In this document: positions 39,853 through 50,981 of the stretch, one piece after another
Numbering within the stretch: position 1 is the stretch's first letter
Layout: every line of letters begins with the position of its first letter
Assembly: GCA_965227295.1 (NCBI GenBank)
Contig: OZ245742.1
Span: forward strand, 1,952,001-2,016,000
DNA: 64,000 bases
Origin: Leptonemataceae bacterium
GTDB taxonomy: Bacteria; Spirochaetota; Leptospiria; Leptospirales; Leptonemataceae
Direction: 5' to 3'
The notes under the pieces: model-generated
What the model saw: only the letters and a program-made list of their open reading frames with translations
The model's database searches: none
Told to the model about the DNA's origin: nothing
Made by a program: the position numbers and the translations under genes

Positions 39853-40760
39853 TTAGCCGGCCGCCTGCAGGCGCTGCTCTTTCAACGTTTGTTTGATGGT
39901 GCGGCTGTTTTCTGTGAGTACCAGGGCCGGCTCGTCCACGCTGTAGATACTCAGATGCGCGGTCTTGCCCTTCGGCCGGTACAGCCCGAGTTTTTTTACG
40001 CGCTCCGTCTTAGTCAGGCGTTCGCGCACGGCCTCGTCAAAGACCAGGCCGCGACGCACCTGGCGGGTCACCGCTTCCAGGCGCGCCGCCGTATTCACGA
40101 CGTCACCGAGCAGGGTATAGTCGCGGCGAGACTGTGAGCCGATGTTGCCTTCCAGTACGTTGCCGCAGGTCATGCCGATGCCGGCATGCAGCATTCGGAG
40201 CGGACTGTCGACCTGGGCGTTGTCGCGCACCTGTTGCAGACGTTTTTGAAAATTCACGACGGCCAGTATCGCGGCGTCGGCCTGGTCCGGGCGGAAGCGC
40301 GCCATGAGTCCGTCGCCGGTGAGTTTTAGAACGTCGCCGCCGGCTCCGATGATCTCGGTGGAAGCGGCCTCGTAGAAGGCGTCGAGGATCGGCATGAATC
40401 CGTCCACCGGCAAGAACTCGGCCAGGCTCGTGGAGCCGACGATATCCGAGAACAAAACGATGGCTTCGGTTTTCTTCGGCCGCACGTTCAACGGATTCTC
40501 TCCGGCCTGGATGCTCTCGCGCACGAACTCCGAGGTGTACTTCTCCAGGATGCGGTGCGTGCGGGACAACGAGTTCAGCAAATTTTTAATGGGACGAATG
40601 AGCGAATCCGTCTTTTCGTCCAGGACCACCGTCTTCATGTTCCAGTCCGGATAGGCCCGGTCGGGGATTTGTTGTTGCGGCTGGACGACTCGCCGATCTG
40701 CTCAATGTCTTCGAATGAGAGCGGTCGGGCGAAGTTGGAAATGTAAGTAAGCCGTTTCAT
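39853..40760 (-). pseudogene. Photoactivated adenylyl cyclase (BLUF + class III AC) with deleted BLUF core; cyclase ORF 39853-40638 intact
   Basis: MKRLTYISNFARPLSFEDIEQIGESSSRNN joined out of frame to IPDRAYPDWNMKT..SHR-like helix, then FSDIVGST, GDGLM and DYTLLGDVVNTAARLE. Confidence 0.88.
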
Positions 40761-40914
40761 GTTTGTAAGATAAGGATTCGTTTGAGATCCGTCGCCGATT
40801 TTTTGAATGCGTTCAAAAATGAACCGCGAGGCGAGAACAACGTTAGACAATAATTGCCTGGACATACGGAGGTGTCGGAATTTTATAACGTGGGCTTTCC
40901 CCCGGGGATCGTAC

Positions 40915-43170
40915 GTGCGCCACATCATTTCATCTTCCCTCTGCGCGGTATTTGTCTGCTTGTTGCCCCTGGCATCCCTGTCCGCGCAGAGCATTGCCCC
41001 GGTGATGGAAGGCGTGCCCCTGGAACTGGAGGTTCTGGAAGATCCCACCGGGACGCTGAGTCTCTCCGGCGCGCGCGCCAGCACGGAATGGGAGCCGGCG
41101 AAGCAGTCATCGCCGGGTTTTGGTTTTACGCAGTCGGCCTACTGGGTTCGCTTTAAGCTGCGGCATCCGGAAGGGGCGGGCCGTCCCATCGCCTTCTATT
41201 TACAGCAGCAGTACCCGTTCATCGATCTTCTTCAACTGTACGTCCCCGGCGCGGAGGATGCTTACACCGTGCGAGAACTCGGTGACAGCTTTCCCTTCGA
41301 TCAACGCCCGTTCAAACATCGTACGTTCGTCTTCGAACTGCAACTGGATCCGGGGCAGAGCGCACAGTACTACCTGCGGCAGAAAACCACGAGCGGCATG
41401 AACTTCCAGCTCAGTTTGTGGGACCCGTCTTCGTTCGACCGGCGCCTCAAGGACGAACTCACGGTCCTCTGGATTTGTTACGGCATGATCTTCGGTGTCG
41501 TCGCCTATAACTTCCTGGTCTTCTTGAGCACCCGGGACCCTGGTTATTTCTACTACGTCGTTTCGATGATCAGCCTGGCGTTGGTGCTCATGTCTTTGAG
41601 CGGTCTGTCCTACCAGCATCTCTGGCCGACCCTGGTGACCTGGAACAATCTCTCGATCATCATCGTGATTCACGTCACTGTTTTTTTCGCGGGCGGTTTC
41701 TTTCAAAATTTCCTGGAAACTCGCAAACTTACGCCGCGTGTACATTACACCTGGGTCGTTTTTCAGAGCCTGGCCGTGGCCGGCATACTCTTGACGATCT
41801 ATTCCGGCCTCGGCGGCACCATCAAGCCGAATCTGTACCGCCTGTCCATGATCGGGGCGCTCGTCGTCACCATGCTGGCAGTACTGGCCGCGACCGTAAT
41901 GTCACTTTATCTTGCATTAAAAGGAAGACGCGCGGCCCGGCTGTACTTCATCTCCTGGACTTCGCTTTTCGGCGGCGCTTTCCTTACGATTCTCAACGTC
42001 TTCGGCGTGCTCGCGGAGTACGAGTGGACGCGCCAGGGCATTCTCGTCGGTACGGTGGCCCAGGCCATCCTGCTCGCCATGGCGCTGGCGGATCGCATCA
42101 ATCTGTATCAACGCCGCACCATCGAACTCAACGAGAACCTGGAACGTACGGTGGCAGATCGCACGGCGCAACTGGAAAGCCTGCGCCGCCTCGCCACGAA
42201 CGGACTGCGCCAGGCCCGGCGCGCGCGGCGGGCGTCGAATCAACTCGAAACCGCCATCGGGGCTCTGGCCGATGCGTCGGCGAAGCAGGCGGCCTCCGCC
42301 GAACAAACCTCCGCCGCCGTAACGCAGATGGCCGCTTCGGTGGCGAACGTGACGGCGAACGTTTCGCAGCAGGGCGCGGGCATTCGTAACGCCGGCGATC
42401 GCATGACGAGTCTGAGTTCGGCGCTTTCGGATATCAACAATGCCATGGAAGGCCTGAGCGAAATCGCCGACACTTCCCGCGGAGAAGCTCGCGATGTATC
42501 CGAAGCGGCGACGGCGCTCGTGGCCGCCATGCAACGCATTCGCGAGAAGGCCGCACAAATCGACGAGATCGTAACGGTGATCGACGATATTTCGGATCGC
42601 ACGAATCTGCTGTCGCTCAACGCGTCCATTGAGGCGGCGCGGGCCGGGGAGGCCGGTCGCGGATTTGCCGTGGTCGCTAACGAGGTCTCGCGCCTGGCCG
42701 AGCGCACCGCCGACAACACGCAGAACATTCAGGATCTCATCCTCGATACCCGGGACGAGGTCGAGCAGGGCGCGGAGCAGGTCGACCGCGTAACGCGCTT
42801 TCTCAACAACATCTTAACTTCGATTCAGGCGATTCACGGCGAAGCGGCGCGGGTGAGCGGTCTCGTGCAGGCGCAGGATGAGAACTCCGGTTCCATCGCG
42901 GGGCAAATGAACGACGTCACGCGTCTTACAGCGGAGATCGAACAGTCGGCCGACGAACAAAAACGTACCGCCGCCGAGATCAGCAAGGCCGTCGAACAAT
43001 TCTCGGAAAACGCGGCGCACATTCAGAGCGAAGTGGCGCTGTTGGAAACGGCGGCGAATCATCTGACTCGTATCGCCGCAGCGTTAGAAGAAGACGGCGA
43101 ACGTGTGGGGCGTGAGGCCGGGTTTGATACGAGTGATGAGGAAGCGGAAGTGGTAGAAGAATCGGTCTGA
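40915..43170 (+). CDS. Methyl-accepting chemotaxis protein with 7TM-DISM sensor
   Basis: [17 protein letters not shown] and 7[38 protein letters not shown]. Confidence 0.92.
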   Translation: MRHIISSSLCAVFVCLLPLASLSAQSIAPVMEGVPLELEVLEDPTGTLSLSGARASTEWEPAKQSSPGFGFTQSAYWVRFKLRHPEGAGRPIAFYLQQQYPFIDLLQLYVPGAEDAYTVRELGDSFPFDQRPFKHRTFVFELQLDPGQSAQYYLRQKTTSGMNFQLSLWDPSSFDRRLKDELTVLWICYGMIFGVVAYNFLVFLSTRDPGYFYYVVSMISLALVLMSLSGLSYQHLWPTLVTWNNLSIIIVIHVTVFFAGGFFQNFLETRKLTPRVHYTWVVFQSLAVAGILLTIYSGLGGTIKPNLYRLSMIGALVVTMLAVLAATVMSLYLALKGRRAARLYFISWTSLFGGAFLTILNVFGVLAEYEWTRQGILVGTVAQAILLAMALADRINLYQRRTIELNENLERTVADRTAQLESLRRLATNGLRQARRARRASNQLETAIGALADASAKQAASAEQTSAAVTQMAASVANVTANVSQQGAGIRNAGDRMTSLSSALSDINNAMEGLSEIADTSRGEARDVSEAATALVAAMQRIREKAAQIDEIVTVIDDISDRTNLLSLNASIEAARAGEAGRGFAVVANEVSRLAERTADNTQNIQDLILDTRDEVEQGAEQVDRVTRFLNNILTSIQAIHGEAARVSGLVQAQDENSGSIAGQMNDVTRLTAEIEQSADEQKRTAAEISKAVEQFSENAAHIQSEVALLETAANHLTRIAAALEEDGERVGREAGFDTSDEEAEVVEESV

Positions 43171-43215
43171 TTTTTCTTGGGCGCCCCGGCTTTCGGTGGG
43201 GCGCCCAAAAGAGAA
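43171..43215. terminator. Bidirectional intrinsic terminator
   Basis: TTTTTCTTGGGCGCCCC...GGGGCGCCCAAAAGAG between convergent genes. Confidence 0.75.
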
Positions 43216-43222
43216 TCAGAAC

Positions 43223-44395
43223 TTACTCGTCTTTGCCTTTCTGCATCGCGGCCATCAACTGCTTGCCGAACGAGGACATGCCGCCGGCCTCGGCGTCTTC
43301 CTGCTTTTGCATGTACTGCTCGTACTCCGCGCGGCTGTCGGCGTCGAAGACACGGGTGACGGACAGCGAAATGCGCTCGCGATCGCGGTCGATGTTCGTC
43401 ACCATTACGCGCACGGTTTCGCCGCGACGAAACTCTTTGTCCAGGGGCTGACCGCGGGGCACGCCGCTCTCGGAGTTCGGCACAAGACCGGTGAACGAGT
43501 CGGTGATGCGTACGAACATGCCGAAGTTCTTCAGGCTTTCAATGCGACCTTCGATGATCTCGCCGACTTCGAACGGCAGTTGACCCTGCCAGGGATTTTG
43601 CAGCAGGGCACGGCGTGACAGCGTAATGCGATCTTCTTTCCAATCGATGGAGAGCACTTTTACCCGCACGGACTGACCGGCCTTCAGTACGTCGCCGGGA
43701 TGGCGGACCCGCACGAAGTCCAGCTCGGAAAGCGGGACGAGTCCTTCGATGCCGCCCAGGTCGACAAAGGCGCCGAAGTTTTGCAGCGACACGACTTCGC
43801 CTTCGACGATGTCGCCTTCTTCCATGGTTTCCATGAGCGTGGAGCGGCTCGCCTCGCGCTGCATGTCCCGGAACGAACGGCGGGATGCGATGACGCGTTT
43901 ACCCTGGATCTCGATGATCAGGAACTCCATGCCGCTACGCCCGCGGCCCTCGTCTTCGTTGGGCATCTGCGAAGCCGGACAGAAGGCCATGACGTCGCCG
44001 AGAGCGATCTCGAAACCGCCCTTGATCTTCTGGGCGATGCGACCGCGCAGGGGAATGCGCTGCTGCATGGCGGTATTCAGGATTTCGCTTTTCGCGCGGC
44101 CTACCGGCTGCGTCGTGAAGACCTGCTCGCCGTTGGCGCGGTCCAGAAAGAAGGCGTCTACTTTTTCACCGACGTTCACGCCGATGTTGCCCTCTGCATC
44201 CAGCAGCTCTTCGCGGCGAATGACGCCGGGGCCGTTGTCCGTCTGTACGGAGACGAATTCACCGTCTTCAATGCCGGCGATGCGGGCGAGTTTGTGATCG
44301 CCTGCGTTGAGGCTGTCGAGGTTCTGGAGGTTGTTTTCGAGGAGTCTGGCAAACTCCGTGTCGTTCTTTTCTTTGCCGATTTGTTTGCTTCTCAT
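43223..44395 (-). CDS. S1 RNA-binding repeat protein (ribosomal protein S1-like)
   Basis: AFCPASQM, FGAFVDLGGIEGLVPLSEL, FGMFV..GLVPNSE, RISLS. Confidence 0.88.
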   Translation of the reverse strand: MRSKQIGKEKNDTEFARLLENNLQNLDSLNAGDHKLARIAGIEDGEFVSVQTDNGPGVIRREELLDAEGNIGVNVGEKVDAFFLDRANGEQVFTTQPVGRAKSEILNTAMQQRIPLRGRIAQKIKGGFEIALGDVMAFCPASQMPNEDEGRGRSGMEFLIIEIQGKRVIASRRSFRDMQREASRSTLMETMEEGDIVEGEVVSLQNFGAFVDLGGIEGLVPLSELDFVRVRHPGDVLKAGQSVRVKVLSIDWKEDRITLSRRALLQNPWQGQLPFEVGEIIEGRIESLKNFGMFVRITDSFTGLVPNSESGVPRGQPLDKEFRRGETVRVMVTNIDRDRERISLSVTRVFDADSRAEYEQYMQKQEDAEAGGMSSFGKQLMAAMQKGKDE

Positions 44396-44441
44396 GATGT
44401 CGTTCCCTGGTGTGATTTTACTGAGTTCTACTAAAGTAATG

Positions 44442-46883
44442 CTAGTCCTGTGTTTTGAAGCGCACCCGATCTTCCACGCCGAGGTCTTCTTTGGTGATGC
44501 CCAGCTCTTCCATTAAGAGCTTGCGTGCGTCTACGATGCGGTGTGCGTCGCCGCAGACGCCGTCCCGGGGCGCGGGCAGGGGGATGCCTTCGATGATTGT
44601 GTCGCCCATGGCGTAACCGCCGCAGCCGGTCGTTACGATGCCGGCCGGTTCTTCTTTCCACTGCGGATATTGCGCAAAGCGCGGCGCGGCCTGTCCCTTC
44701 TCACGATACACACGATCGTAGAAGGCGCCCATTACCGGAGCGGCGATGCTGCCCCCGGCCTGGCCCGGGCCCAGCGTCACGCTGGATTTGTCGAAGCCGA
44801 ACCAGATGACCGTGGCGTACTCGGGGTTGAAGCCGGTGATCCAGGCGTCGCTGAAGTTCGAGGTGGTGCCGGTTTTACACGCCAGTGCGCCCTGGCCCCA
44901 CCAGCCGCCTTCGCGGAGACCGCGCGTCGCCGTGCCGCCCTCGGCCACGCCCTGCATCATGCTGGAAAGAATGAACGCGAGGCCGGGCTCGATGATCTGA
45001 ATCGTTTCTTCGCGGGTCTTGATGGCCAGGTTGCGGCGCACGCGTTCTTCCTGGCCGTAAATGCGATTGCCGTTTTGATCTTCGACGTAACGAACGGCGA
45101 AGGGAATCACGTCCTTGCCGCCGTTGGCTATGATGGCCACCGCGTTGGCCAGTTCCATGGGCGTGATCTCGCCGGCCCCCAGGGCCAGGGCGGGATCCGG
45201 ATTAAAACGTGCGGTGTTGGAAATCTTCATGAGCCGCGAGGCCAGATCGATGATCGGCTCCGGTCCGGTGCGGAAGTAGGTCTGCACCGCCGCGGTGTTC
45301 AGGGACAGGGCGAGCGCGCGTTTCGCCGGAACGAGGCCCATGAAACCCTGGTCGTAGTTGCCCGGGGACCAGGAACTGCCGTCCGGCGCGACGATGAAAA
45401 ACGGGGCGTCGTTGATGCCGGTGGCGCTGGACATGGTGCGCGTTTCCAGGGCGGCGCCGTAGACGAAGATCTTAAACGCACTGCCGGGCTGGCGCCGGGC
45501 GCGCAACGCGCGATTGAACTGATTCGTCGGCGAGAAGTCCGTGCCGCCGATCATCGTGGTGATGTAACCGGTGCGCGGTTCGATGCCCAGGAACGCGCCC
45601 TGCACTTCCAGGTTCTCGGCGTAAGTGAAAGTATCTTTGCGGAATTCTTCGAAGGCCGCGGCCTCGTCGTTGGCGGGCGTTAAGTACGTGAGCGCCTGCA
45701 TGCCGTCCAGGAACTCGGCCTCGACCTCGCGACGGAATTTGCCGCGGTCATCCAGGGCCTTTGCGACGGGACCGCCCACCGGGGCAATGAGCGAGAGCGA
45801 ACGGTGTAGATCGAACAACGAAAAGTCCACTCCGCCACGACCGCCGGTCTTCGCGTAATTGCGGCCGATGCGGTTGGCATCCTCCAGGGCCGCGCCCATT
45901 TCTTCCTCGGCAATGCGCTGCTGGCGGAGGTCGAGGGTGGTGTAGACTTTGAGGCCGCGCGTATAGAGACGGTCTTCACCGACCTCGGGGGCGGCTTCGA
46001 GGATTTGCCGCACATACTCGGTGAAGTACGGGGCGTCGTTCAGGCGGCGGCCCCAGACGTTGCGCGACGGCGGCTCCACGACGACCTTGTTCCAGTAACT
46101 CTTCCAGAAGTCGGCGTGAATGGCATCGATCTCTTCGGCTTTGACGTAACCTACGTCCACCATGCGGTTCAGCACGAACTTGTGCTGTTTCATGGAGTTC
46201 TTCGGATATTTGAACGGGCTGTACTCGATGGGCGACTTGGGCAGGCGGGCCAGCAAGGCGCCCTCCGCCAGGGTCAGCTCCTGGACGGGCTTGTCGAAGT
46301 ACAGTCGCGACGCGCAGGCAATGCCCTGGCAGCCGTGGCCCAGGTAGATGACGTTAAAAAATACTTCGAGGATTTCTTCTTTAGAAAGGGCCTCTTCGAT
46401 TTGCAGGGCCAGCAGGGTTTCGCGGATCTTCTGTACGAAGCGGCGCTGGCGGCGGCCCTCGGCGTTGAGGTAGATCTGTTTCGCCAGTTGTTGCGAGAGC
46501 GTGGAGCCGCCCTGGACAATGCGGCCGGCCATGACATTCTTTACGGCCGCACGGAAAATGCCGGCAATGTCGATGCCGAAATGATGGAAGAAGTTGTCGT
46601 CCTCGACGGCCAGGAAGGCCTGAATTACGTGCGGCGGGATGTCCGAAAGCGGCACGATTTCCTGGCGATGGCGATAGAGCTCGGCAAAGACCTCGCCGTT
46701 GCGATCGTAGAGTCGCGTGGGCGTGGACGGCCGATACTGAGCCAGCATGGAAAGCTCCCGGCGACCGTCCACCTGGGAGACGATCAGCCCGTAGATTGCG
46801 CCGCCGACAACGCCCGCGGAAAGCAGGCCGATGAGAACGAGTTTTTCCAGTAGTGAGAGAATGCGTTTCTGACGATTGCTCAC
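44442..46883 (-). CDS. Class A penicillin-binding protein 1A
   Basis: AVEDDNFFHH, QGGSTLSQQLAK, RQPGSAFK (SxxK), SLN, KTGTT. Start GTG 46883 inferred. Confidence 0.93.
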   Translation of the reverse strand: MSNRQKRILSLLEKLVLIGLLSAGVVGGAIYGLIVSQVDGRRELSMLAQYRPSTPTRLYDRNGEVFAELYRHRQEIVPLSDIPPHVIQAFLAVEDDNFFHHFGIDIAGIFRAAVKNVMAGRIVQGGSTLSQQLAKQIYLNAEGRRQRRFVQKIRETLLALQIEEALSKEEILEVFFNVIYLGHGCQGIACASRLYFDKPVQELTLAEGALLARLPKSPIEYSPFKYPKNSMKQHKFVLNRMVDVGYVKAEEIDAIHADFWKSYWNKVVVEPPSRNVWGRRLNDAPYFTEYVRQILEAAPEVGEDRLYTRGLKVYTTLDLRQQRIAEEEMGAALEDANRIGRNYAKTGGRGGVDFSLFDLHRSLSLIAPVGGPVAKALDDRGKFRREVEAEFLDGMQALTYLTPANDEAAAFEEFRKDTFTYAENLEVQGAFLGIEPRTGYITTMIGGTDFSPTNQFNRALRARRQPGSAFKIFVYGAALETRTMSSATGINDAPFFIVAPDGSSWSPGNYDQGFMGLVPAKRALALSLNTAAVQTYFRTGPEPIIDLASRLMKISNTARFNPDPALALGAGEITPMELANAVAIIANGGKDVIPFAVRYVEDQNGNRIYGQEERVRRNLAIKTREETIQIIEPGLAFILSSMMQGVAEGGTATRGLREGGWWGQGALACKTGTTSNFSDAWITGFNPEYATVIWFGFDKSSVTLGPGQAGGSIAAPVMGAFYDRVYREKGQAAPRFAQYPQWKEEPAGIVTTGCGGYAMGDTIIEGIPLPAPRDGVCGDAHRIVDARKLLMEELGITKEDLGVEDRVRFKTQD

Positions 46884-47028
46884 AGGAAGCCCCGGAATGA
46901 CCAGAATTCTCGCGGCGTCTCTCCACGGAAGTATTATTGTAGAAAGGCCGCTCCAAAACGGCGGCCCCGGATACCATTCGGGAGCAGTTGTTCTTGCCAC
47001 CGGCGGCCCTCCGGCGTAGGTTTCCGGC

Positions 47029-47937
47029 ATGCGGCAGAGTTGGTCCCAACAGAGCGTCTACTATCCCTCCGTCACGGACGTGGTTTTGCGCCTCATGGCG
47101 CTCATGCTTGCGGCCTTCGTCCTCCAGGTTGTGGCCACCATTATCTTTCCCGGCGAGGTGGTCTTCGATTCCTTCCGCGCGCTTACGCTCAACTTCCGCG
47201 ATTTCAGCCTGCTACAGATTTTCACGCATCCGCTGTTCGCCGCACCGCAACTCGTATCCGCTCTGATCGAGATCCTGTTGCAGTGCCTGGTGCTGTACTT
47301 CTTCGCCTCGGAGCTGGAGCGCACCTGGGGGCGGCACAACTTTCTCAGGTTTTACATCATCTGTCTCGCCGGCGGGGCGATCCTGGGCACCGCGCTCTTC
47401 TTTTTTCCGGAAGGCTACAACTACAGCGGCGTCCTGCACGGCATGGATGCGGCCATCGGCGGCGTGCTCGTCGCGTATGCCATCCTGTGGCCGGATCGCC
47501 AGGTGCTTTTGTTTTTCATCATCCCCGTGCGGATGAAGTGGCTGGTCTTTTTCATTTTTGTGATGCTGATCTTGAGCTTCATCGACGCTGCGACGGTGTT
47601 GATGAGCCTGGTCCTCTACTCCGGCGGCGGTGTGGCGGCGGCGTTGTTTCTGTACTACTACGCGCGCAAGGGCCGGCAGTACTCGGTGCTGTCGGATTCG
47701 CCGATGGCCGGCGACGGCGGCAGCGGTCAGAAGAAAAAGCCGCGCCCGAGTCTGCGGGAACGTTTGAACCAATACCTGCGCAAACGCCGCCTCAAGAAAC
47801 AACAGGATCTAATCAACCGGCGCATCGAAATGAAAGACGAGGTGGATCGACTGCTGGAAAAGATCTCGAAGGACGGCATGGATTCCCTTTCGAAAAAGGA
47901 AAGGGCGTTCCTGGATAAGGCTTCGAAGGAATTCTAG
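47029..47937 (+). CDS. Rhomboid-family membrane protein with DUF6576-like tail, probably inactive
   Basis: QIFTHP, ELERTWG..FL.FY, LWPDRQVLLFFIIPVRMKW; VDRLLEKISKDGMDSLSKKE. Confidence 0.82.
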   Translation: MRQSWSQQSVYYPSVTDVVLRLMALMLAAFVLQVVATIIFPGEVVFDSFRALTLNFRDFSLLQIFTHPLFAAPQLVSALIEILLQCLVLYFFASELERTWGRHNFLRFYIICLAGGAILGTALFFFPEGYNYSGVLHGMDAAIGGVLVAYAILWPDRQVLLFFIIPVRMKWLVFFIFVMLILSFIDAATVLMSLVLYSGGGVAAALFLYYYARKGRQYSVLSDSPMAGDGGSGQKKKPRPSLRERLNQYLRKRRLKKQQDLINRRIEMKDEVDRLLEKISKDGMDSLSKKERAFLDKASKEF

Positions 47938-47957
47938 CAGGCTGCCCGGGCGTTCGA

Positions 47958-48593
47958 ATGATCCGGCACGTCGTCTTTGATCTGTACGGGACCCTGTTGG
48001 TTCCACCGACGGAGCGACGCCACGCATTCTCACGACTCCTGGACCATCTTGGTTTGCGCGGTGAACGTCGCCGCCATGCCCGCCGAACAGCCATGACCCG
48101 GGACTTCGCCCGCGCCGAAGACTATGTGGCGCGGTTCGATCCGAAGGCCGTGCACGATCCGGCCGTGCGTTTGATCCTGCAGGACATGGAACGGGACGTG
48201 GAGGAGCGCATCCGTTGTTACCCGGAAGTCCCTGCGGTGCTTGAGCGTTTGCGTGAGTCCACGGTGCGCATGCATTTGATTTCGAACGTTGCCTCGCCGT
48301 ACCGCCGGCCGTTCTATCGCCTGGGGCTGGATCGTTATTTTTCGCGTCCGGTTTTTTCGTGTGAAGTCGGTTGCGTGAAACCCGAGCCACAGATCTACGA
48401 TCTCGTCTTCGATCGTGCGGAAGCGGTCGCGCCGGAGACGGTGTTGATGATCGGTGACCATTCCGTCTGTGATGTTCGTCGGCCGCGCAGCCTGGGCTGG
48501 CAGGCCCTTCTGCTGGATCGCCGGGGCCGGCCGGGAGCCCTGGCCGATCTCGGCGAACTCCTGCACGGCCCGACGGCGATCACACTTACCTGA
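47958..48593 (+). CDS. HAD-family hydrolase
   Basis: FDLYGTL, ISN, KPEPQIY, MIGD..CD. Confidence 0.88.
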   Translation: MIRHVVFDLYGTLLVPPTERRHAFSRLLDHLGLRGERRRHARRTAMTRDFARAEDYVARFDPKAVHDPAVRLILQDMERDVEERIRCYPEVPAVLERLRESTVRMHLISNVASPYRRPFYRLGLDRYFSRPVFSCEVGCVKPEPQIYDLVFDRAEAVAPETVLMIGDHSVCDVRRPRSLGWQALLLDRRGRPGALADLGELLHGPTAITLT

Positions 48594-48608
48594 ACATAAA
48601 AAAAGCTT

Positions 48609-49781
48609 GTGAAAAAGGGAAGCGGATCGGAAAAATCGGCGGGGGCTTCGCACGTGGCATCGTTCAAGCGTTATCTGGAATTACGGGACCAGAGTTCATC
48701 GAAGTTCTGGGAAATCGAACTACAGGGGCAGAAGTTCGTGGTGCGTTTCGGTCGCATCGGCACAAAGGGCAGCCTCAACGAAAAGGTCTACGACTCGGAG
48801 GACGAGGCGGAGAAAGAGGCGCATAAGCTCATTTCATCGAAACTTAAGAAGGGCTACGCCGAATCCACCGGCTCCGACTTCGACGTCTTTCAATTTCGCC
48901 AAATTGATTACCGCATGGGGAAGGGCCTCGATCGTCCCGAGTCGACCATATTTCGGTTGTCCGTGGATTACGACGACGATCATTCTTTCGAAGACCTTTT
49001 CAACGCATTCCTGAAGGAACCGGGATTGAACCAGGTCCGGGCGCTCAGCATCGGCATGTGGGAAGAGGTACTCGCCGACGATATCGAGACGCCGCGGCGA
49101 TTGCTCCTGGAAGCCGCGCCGAAGATGCCGCAGTTGAAAGCCCTCTACTACGGTGATGTCGAACAAGAAGAAAGCGAAATCTCCTGGATCGAGTTGACCG
49201 ATCTCGCGCCGGTGGTGCACGCTTTGCCGAATCTCGAAGTCTTTCGCGTGCGCGGTTCCTTATTGCGCCTGAAGAATCTTCAACACGATAAACTCGGCGC
49301 ATTGATCATCGAAAGCGGGGGCACGAGCAAAGACACCCTGGCCGATGTTTGCGCGGCGAAGTTGCCCGCGTTGCAGCACCTGGAGATCTGGATCGGCGTG
49401 GAGGATTACGGCTGGGACGGGAGCATTGCCGACATAGAGCCGCTCTTTGAGGCCGGCCGCTTCCCGTTGCTCAAGCACCTCGGTGTGATGAATGCAAAAG
49501 AGCAGGACGAGATTGCCCGCGTCGCCGCCCGGGGCGCCGTGCTCCAGGATCTGCAATCCCTGGATCTTTCCATGGGTGTGCTGACCGATGCCGGCGCCCG
49601 TCATCTCTTGCAAAGTGATGCTGTTCGTAAGTTAAAGGCGCTGAACCTGCGCCATCACTTCATGAGCGCCGGCGTTGCCCGGGAGTTTCAGGGCATCGGC
49701 CCCGCCGTAAACACCGCCGGAAGCAATGAGCCGGATATTGACGACGACGAGGTCTACTATTACACCGAGGTCGCCGAATAG
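48609..49781 (+). CDS. WGR-domain + STM4015-family LRR-like protein
   Basis: SSKFWEI..VRFGRIGTKG..KLKKGY (WGR); EESEISWI, LEIWIG..YG, LDLSMGVLTD. Confidence 0.85.
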   Translation: MKKGSGSEKSAGASHVASFKRYLELRDQSSSKFWEIELQGQKFVVRFGRIGTKGSLNEKVYDSEDEAEKEAHKLISSKLKKGYAESTGSDFDVFQFRQIDYRMGKGLDRPESTIFRLSVDYDDDHSFEDLFNAFLKEPGLNQVRALSIGMWEEVLADDIETPRRLLLEAAPKMPQLKALYYGDVEQEESEISWIELTDLAPVVHALPNLEVFRVRGSLLRLKNLQHDKLGALIIESGGTSKDTLADVCAAKLPALQHLEIWIGVEDYGWDGSIADIEPLFEAGRFPLLKHLGVMNAKEQDEIARVAARGAVLQDLQSLDLSMGVLTDAGARHLLQSDAVRKLKALNLRHHFMSAGVAREFQGIGPAVNTAGSNEPDIDDDEVYYYTEVAE

Positions 49782-49796
49782 ACCACGAGCGCCGCT

Positions 49797-50981
49797 TTGA
49801 AATCACCGGCATACATCTGGATCGGCAACCCGGAACACCGCCGCTGGCCGGGCTTCCAACGTGCCGCCCGGGAAGCGGCTGTGGTTGCCCGCTTACTTTC
49901 GTACGAAGAAATCTTAGCCTGCCTGGGGCAACCCGGCGAACTCCGGCATCGTCTCGCCGCGGCAATCGATGGGCTGGACCACCCGGTGCTGCGCCTGGAA
50001 GCCCCCGGAAAGAACGTTACCGTCAGTGACGCACTGACGCGATTGGGTGGTCGTCTTCTGGAGGAGGCCGGTGCTCCGCTTGCGTCGGGTACCGCACCGG
50101 CCGGACCGGGTCGGCTGGGTTCGCCGCGCGCCCGGTACACCGGCTATGCCTGGTTGCTGCGCCGCCTGGATTGCCTGTGGTCGGAGATTCTCGGCGAACG
50201 CGACGCGGCGCTGCCGGTATACGTCAATCATCCCGAGGACGTGCTGACGATGTGCTCGAAGCCGCAGACGTACGAACGATTCTTCCGGAACGCGCTGCCG
50301 GTGCCGCGCAAGCTTACGAGCGTAAACAGCTACGAAGAGTTACTTACGGAGATGGGACGTGCCGGAATTTCGCGCGTGTTTCTGAAGCCTGCTCACGGAT
50401 CGTCCGGGGTGGGCATCGTGGCACTGCGGGTCTCGAACCTGCCGCGACCCCGGCGTATGGCGGCTTACTCCACGGCTGTCCTGCGTGACGGCGAAGTCTA
50501 CAACAGCCGGCGCATTCGGCGTTACGAGTCGCCGGCGGAGATCGCACGCATCATCGATCGGCTGGCCGGCGAAGAACTGCACGTCGAGGAGTGGATTCCT
50601 AAACCTGCGCCGATCTCCGGTTACGCCGGTGACTGGCGCCTGCTGGTGATAGCCGGTCGAGCGCGGCACCGCGTCTTGCGACTGAGCCGGTCGCCCTTTA
50701 CGAATCTGCATCTCGGCAACGAGCGCAGTCACGCCGCCGCCGATCCCGAGACGCTTGCGACTTTCGAAGCACTGGCGCGCCAGACGGCCGCGTGTTTTCC
50801 GCGCTCGCTGTATTTCGGCCTGGACGTCATTGTTCGTCGCGACGGGCGGCCCATCATCCTCGAAGCGAACGCTTACGGTGATCTTTTGCCCGGCGTGCTG
50901 CATCAATCGCAGACGACGTACGCCGCGGAGCTGGCGGCTTTTCCGGACTTCGCGGCCGTGTCACGGGAGGCGCGGACGTGA
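49797..50981 (+). CDS. STM4014-family ATP-grasp protein
   Basis: IGNPEHRR, VFLKPAHGSSG, EEWIPK, SPFTNLHLGNER, GLDV, EANAYGDLLP. Confidence 0.85.
   Translation: MKSPAYIWIGNPEHRRWPGFQRAAREAAVVARLLSYEEILACLGQPGELRHRLAAAIDGLDHPVLRLEAPGKNVTVSDALTRLGGRLLEEAGAPLASGTAPAGPGRLGSPRARYTGYAWLLRRLDCLWSEILGERDAALPVYVNHPEDVLTMCSKPQTYERFFRNALPVPRKLTSVNSYEELLTEMGRAGISRVFLKPAHGSSGVGIVALRVSNLPRPRRMAAYSTAVLRDGEVYNSRRIRRYESPAEIARIIDRLAGEELHVEEWIPKPAPISGYAGDWRLLVIAGRARHRVLRLSRSPFTNLHLGNERSHAAADPETLATFEALARQTAACFPRSLYFGLDVIVRRDGRPIILEANAYGDLLPGVLHQSQTTYAAELAAFPDFAAVSREART

Noticed and set aside
40635..41084. 149-aa ORF as a real gene
   Set aside because: Only the ~31 codons from ATG 40760 are meaningful (BLUF start); the rest is antisense to the MCP gene or out-of-frame read-through
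43223..44395. Assigning the symbol rpsA
   Set aside because: Shorter than six-domain S1 and not next to cmk; may be a paralog
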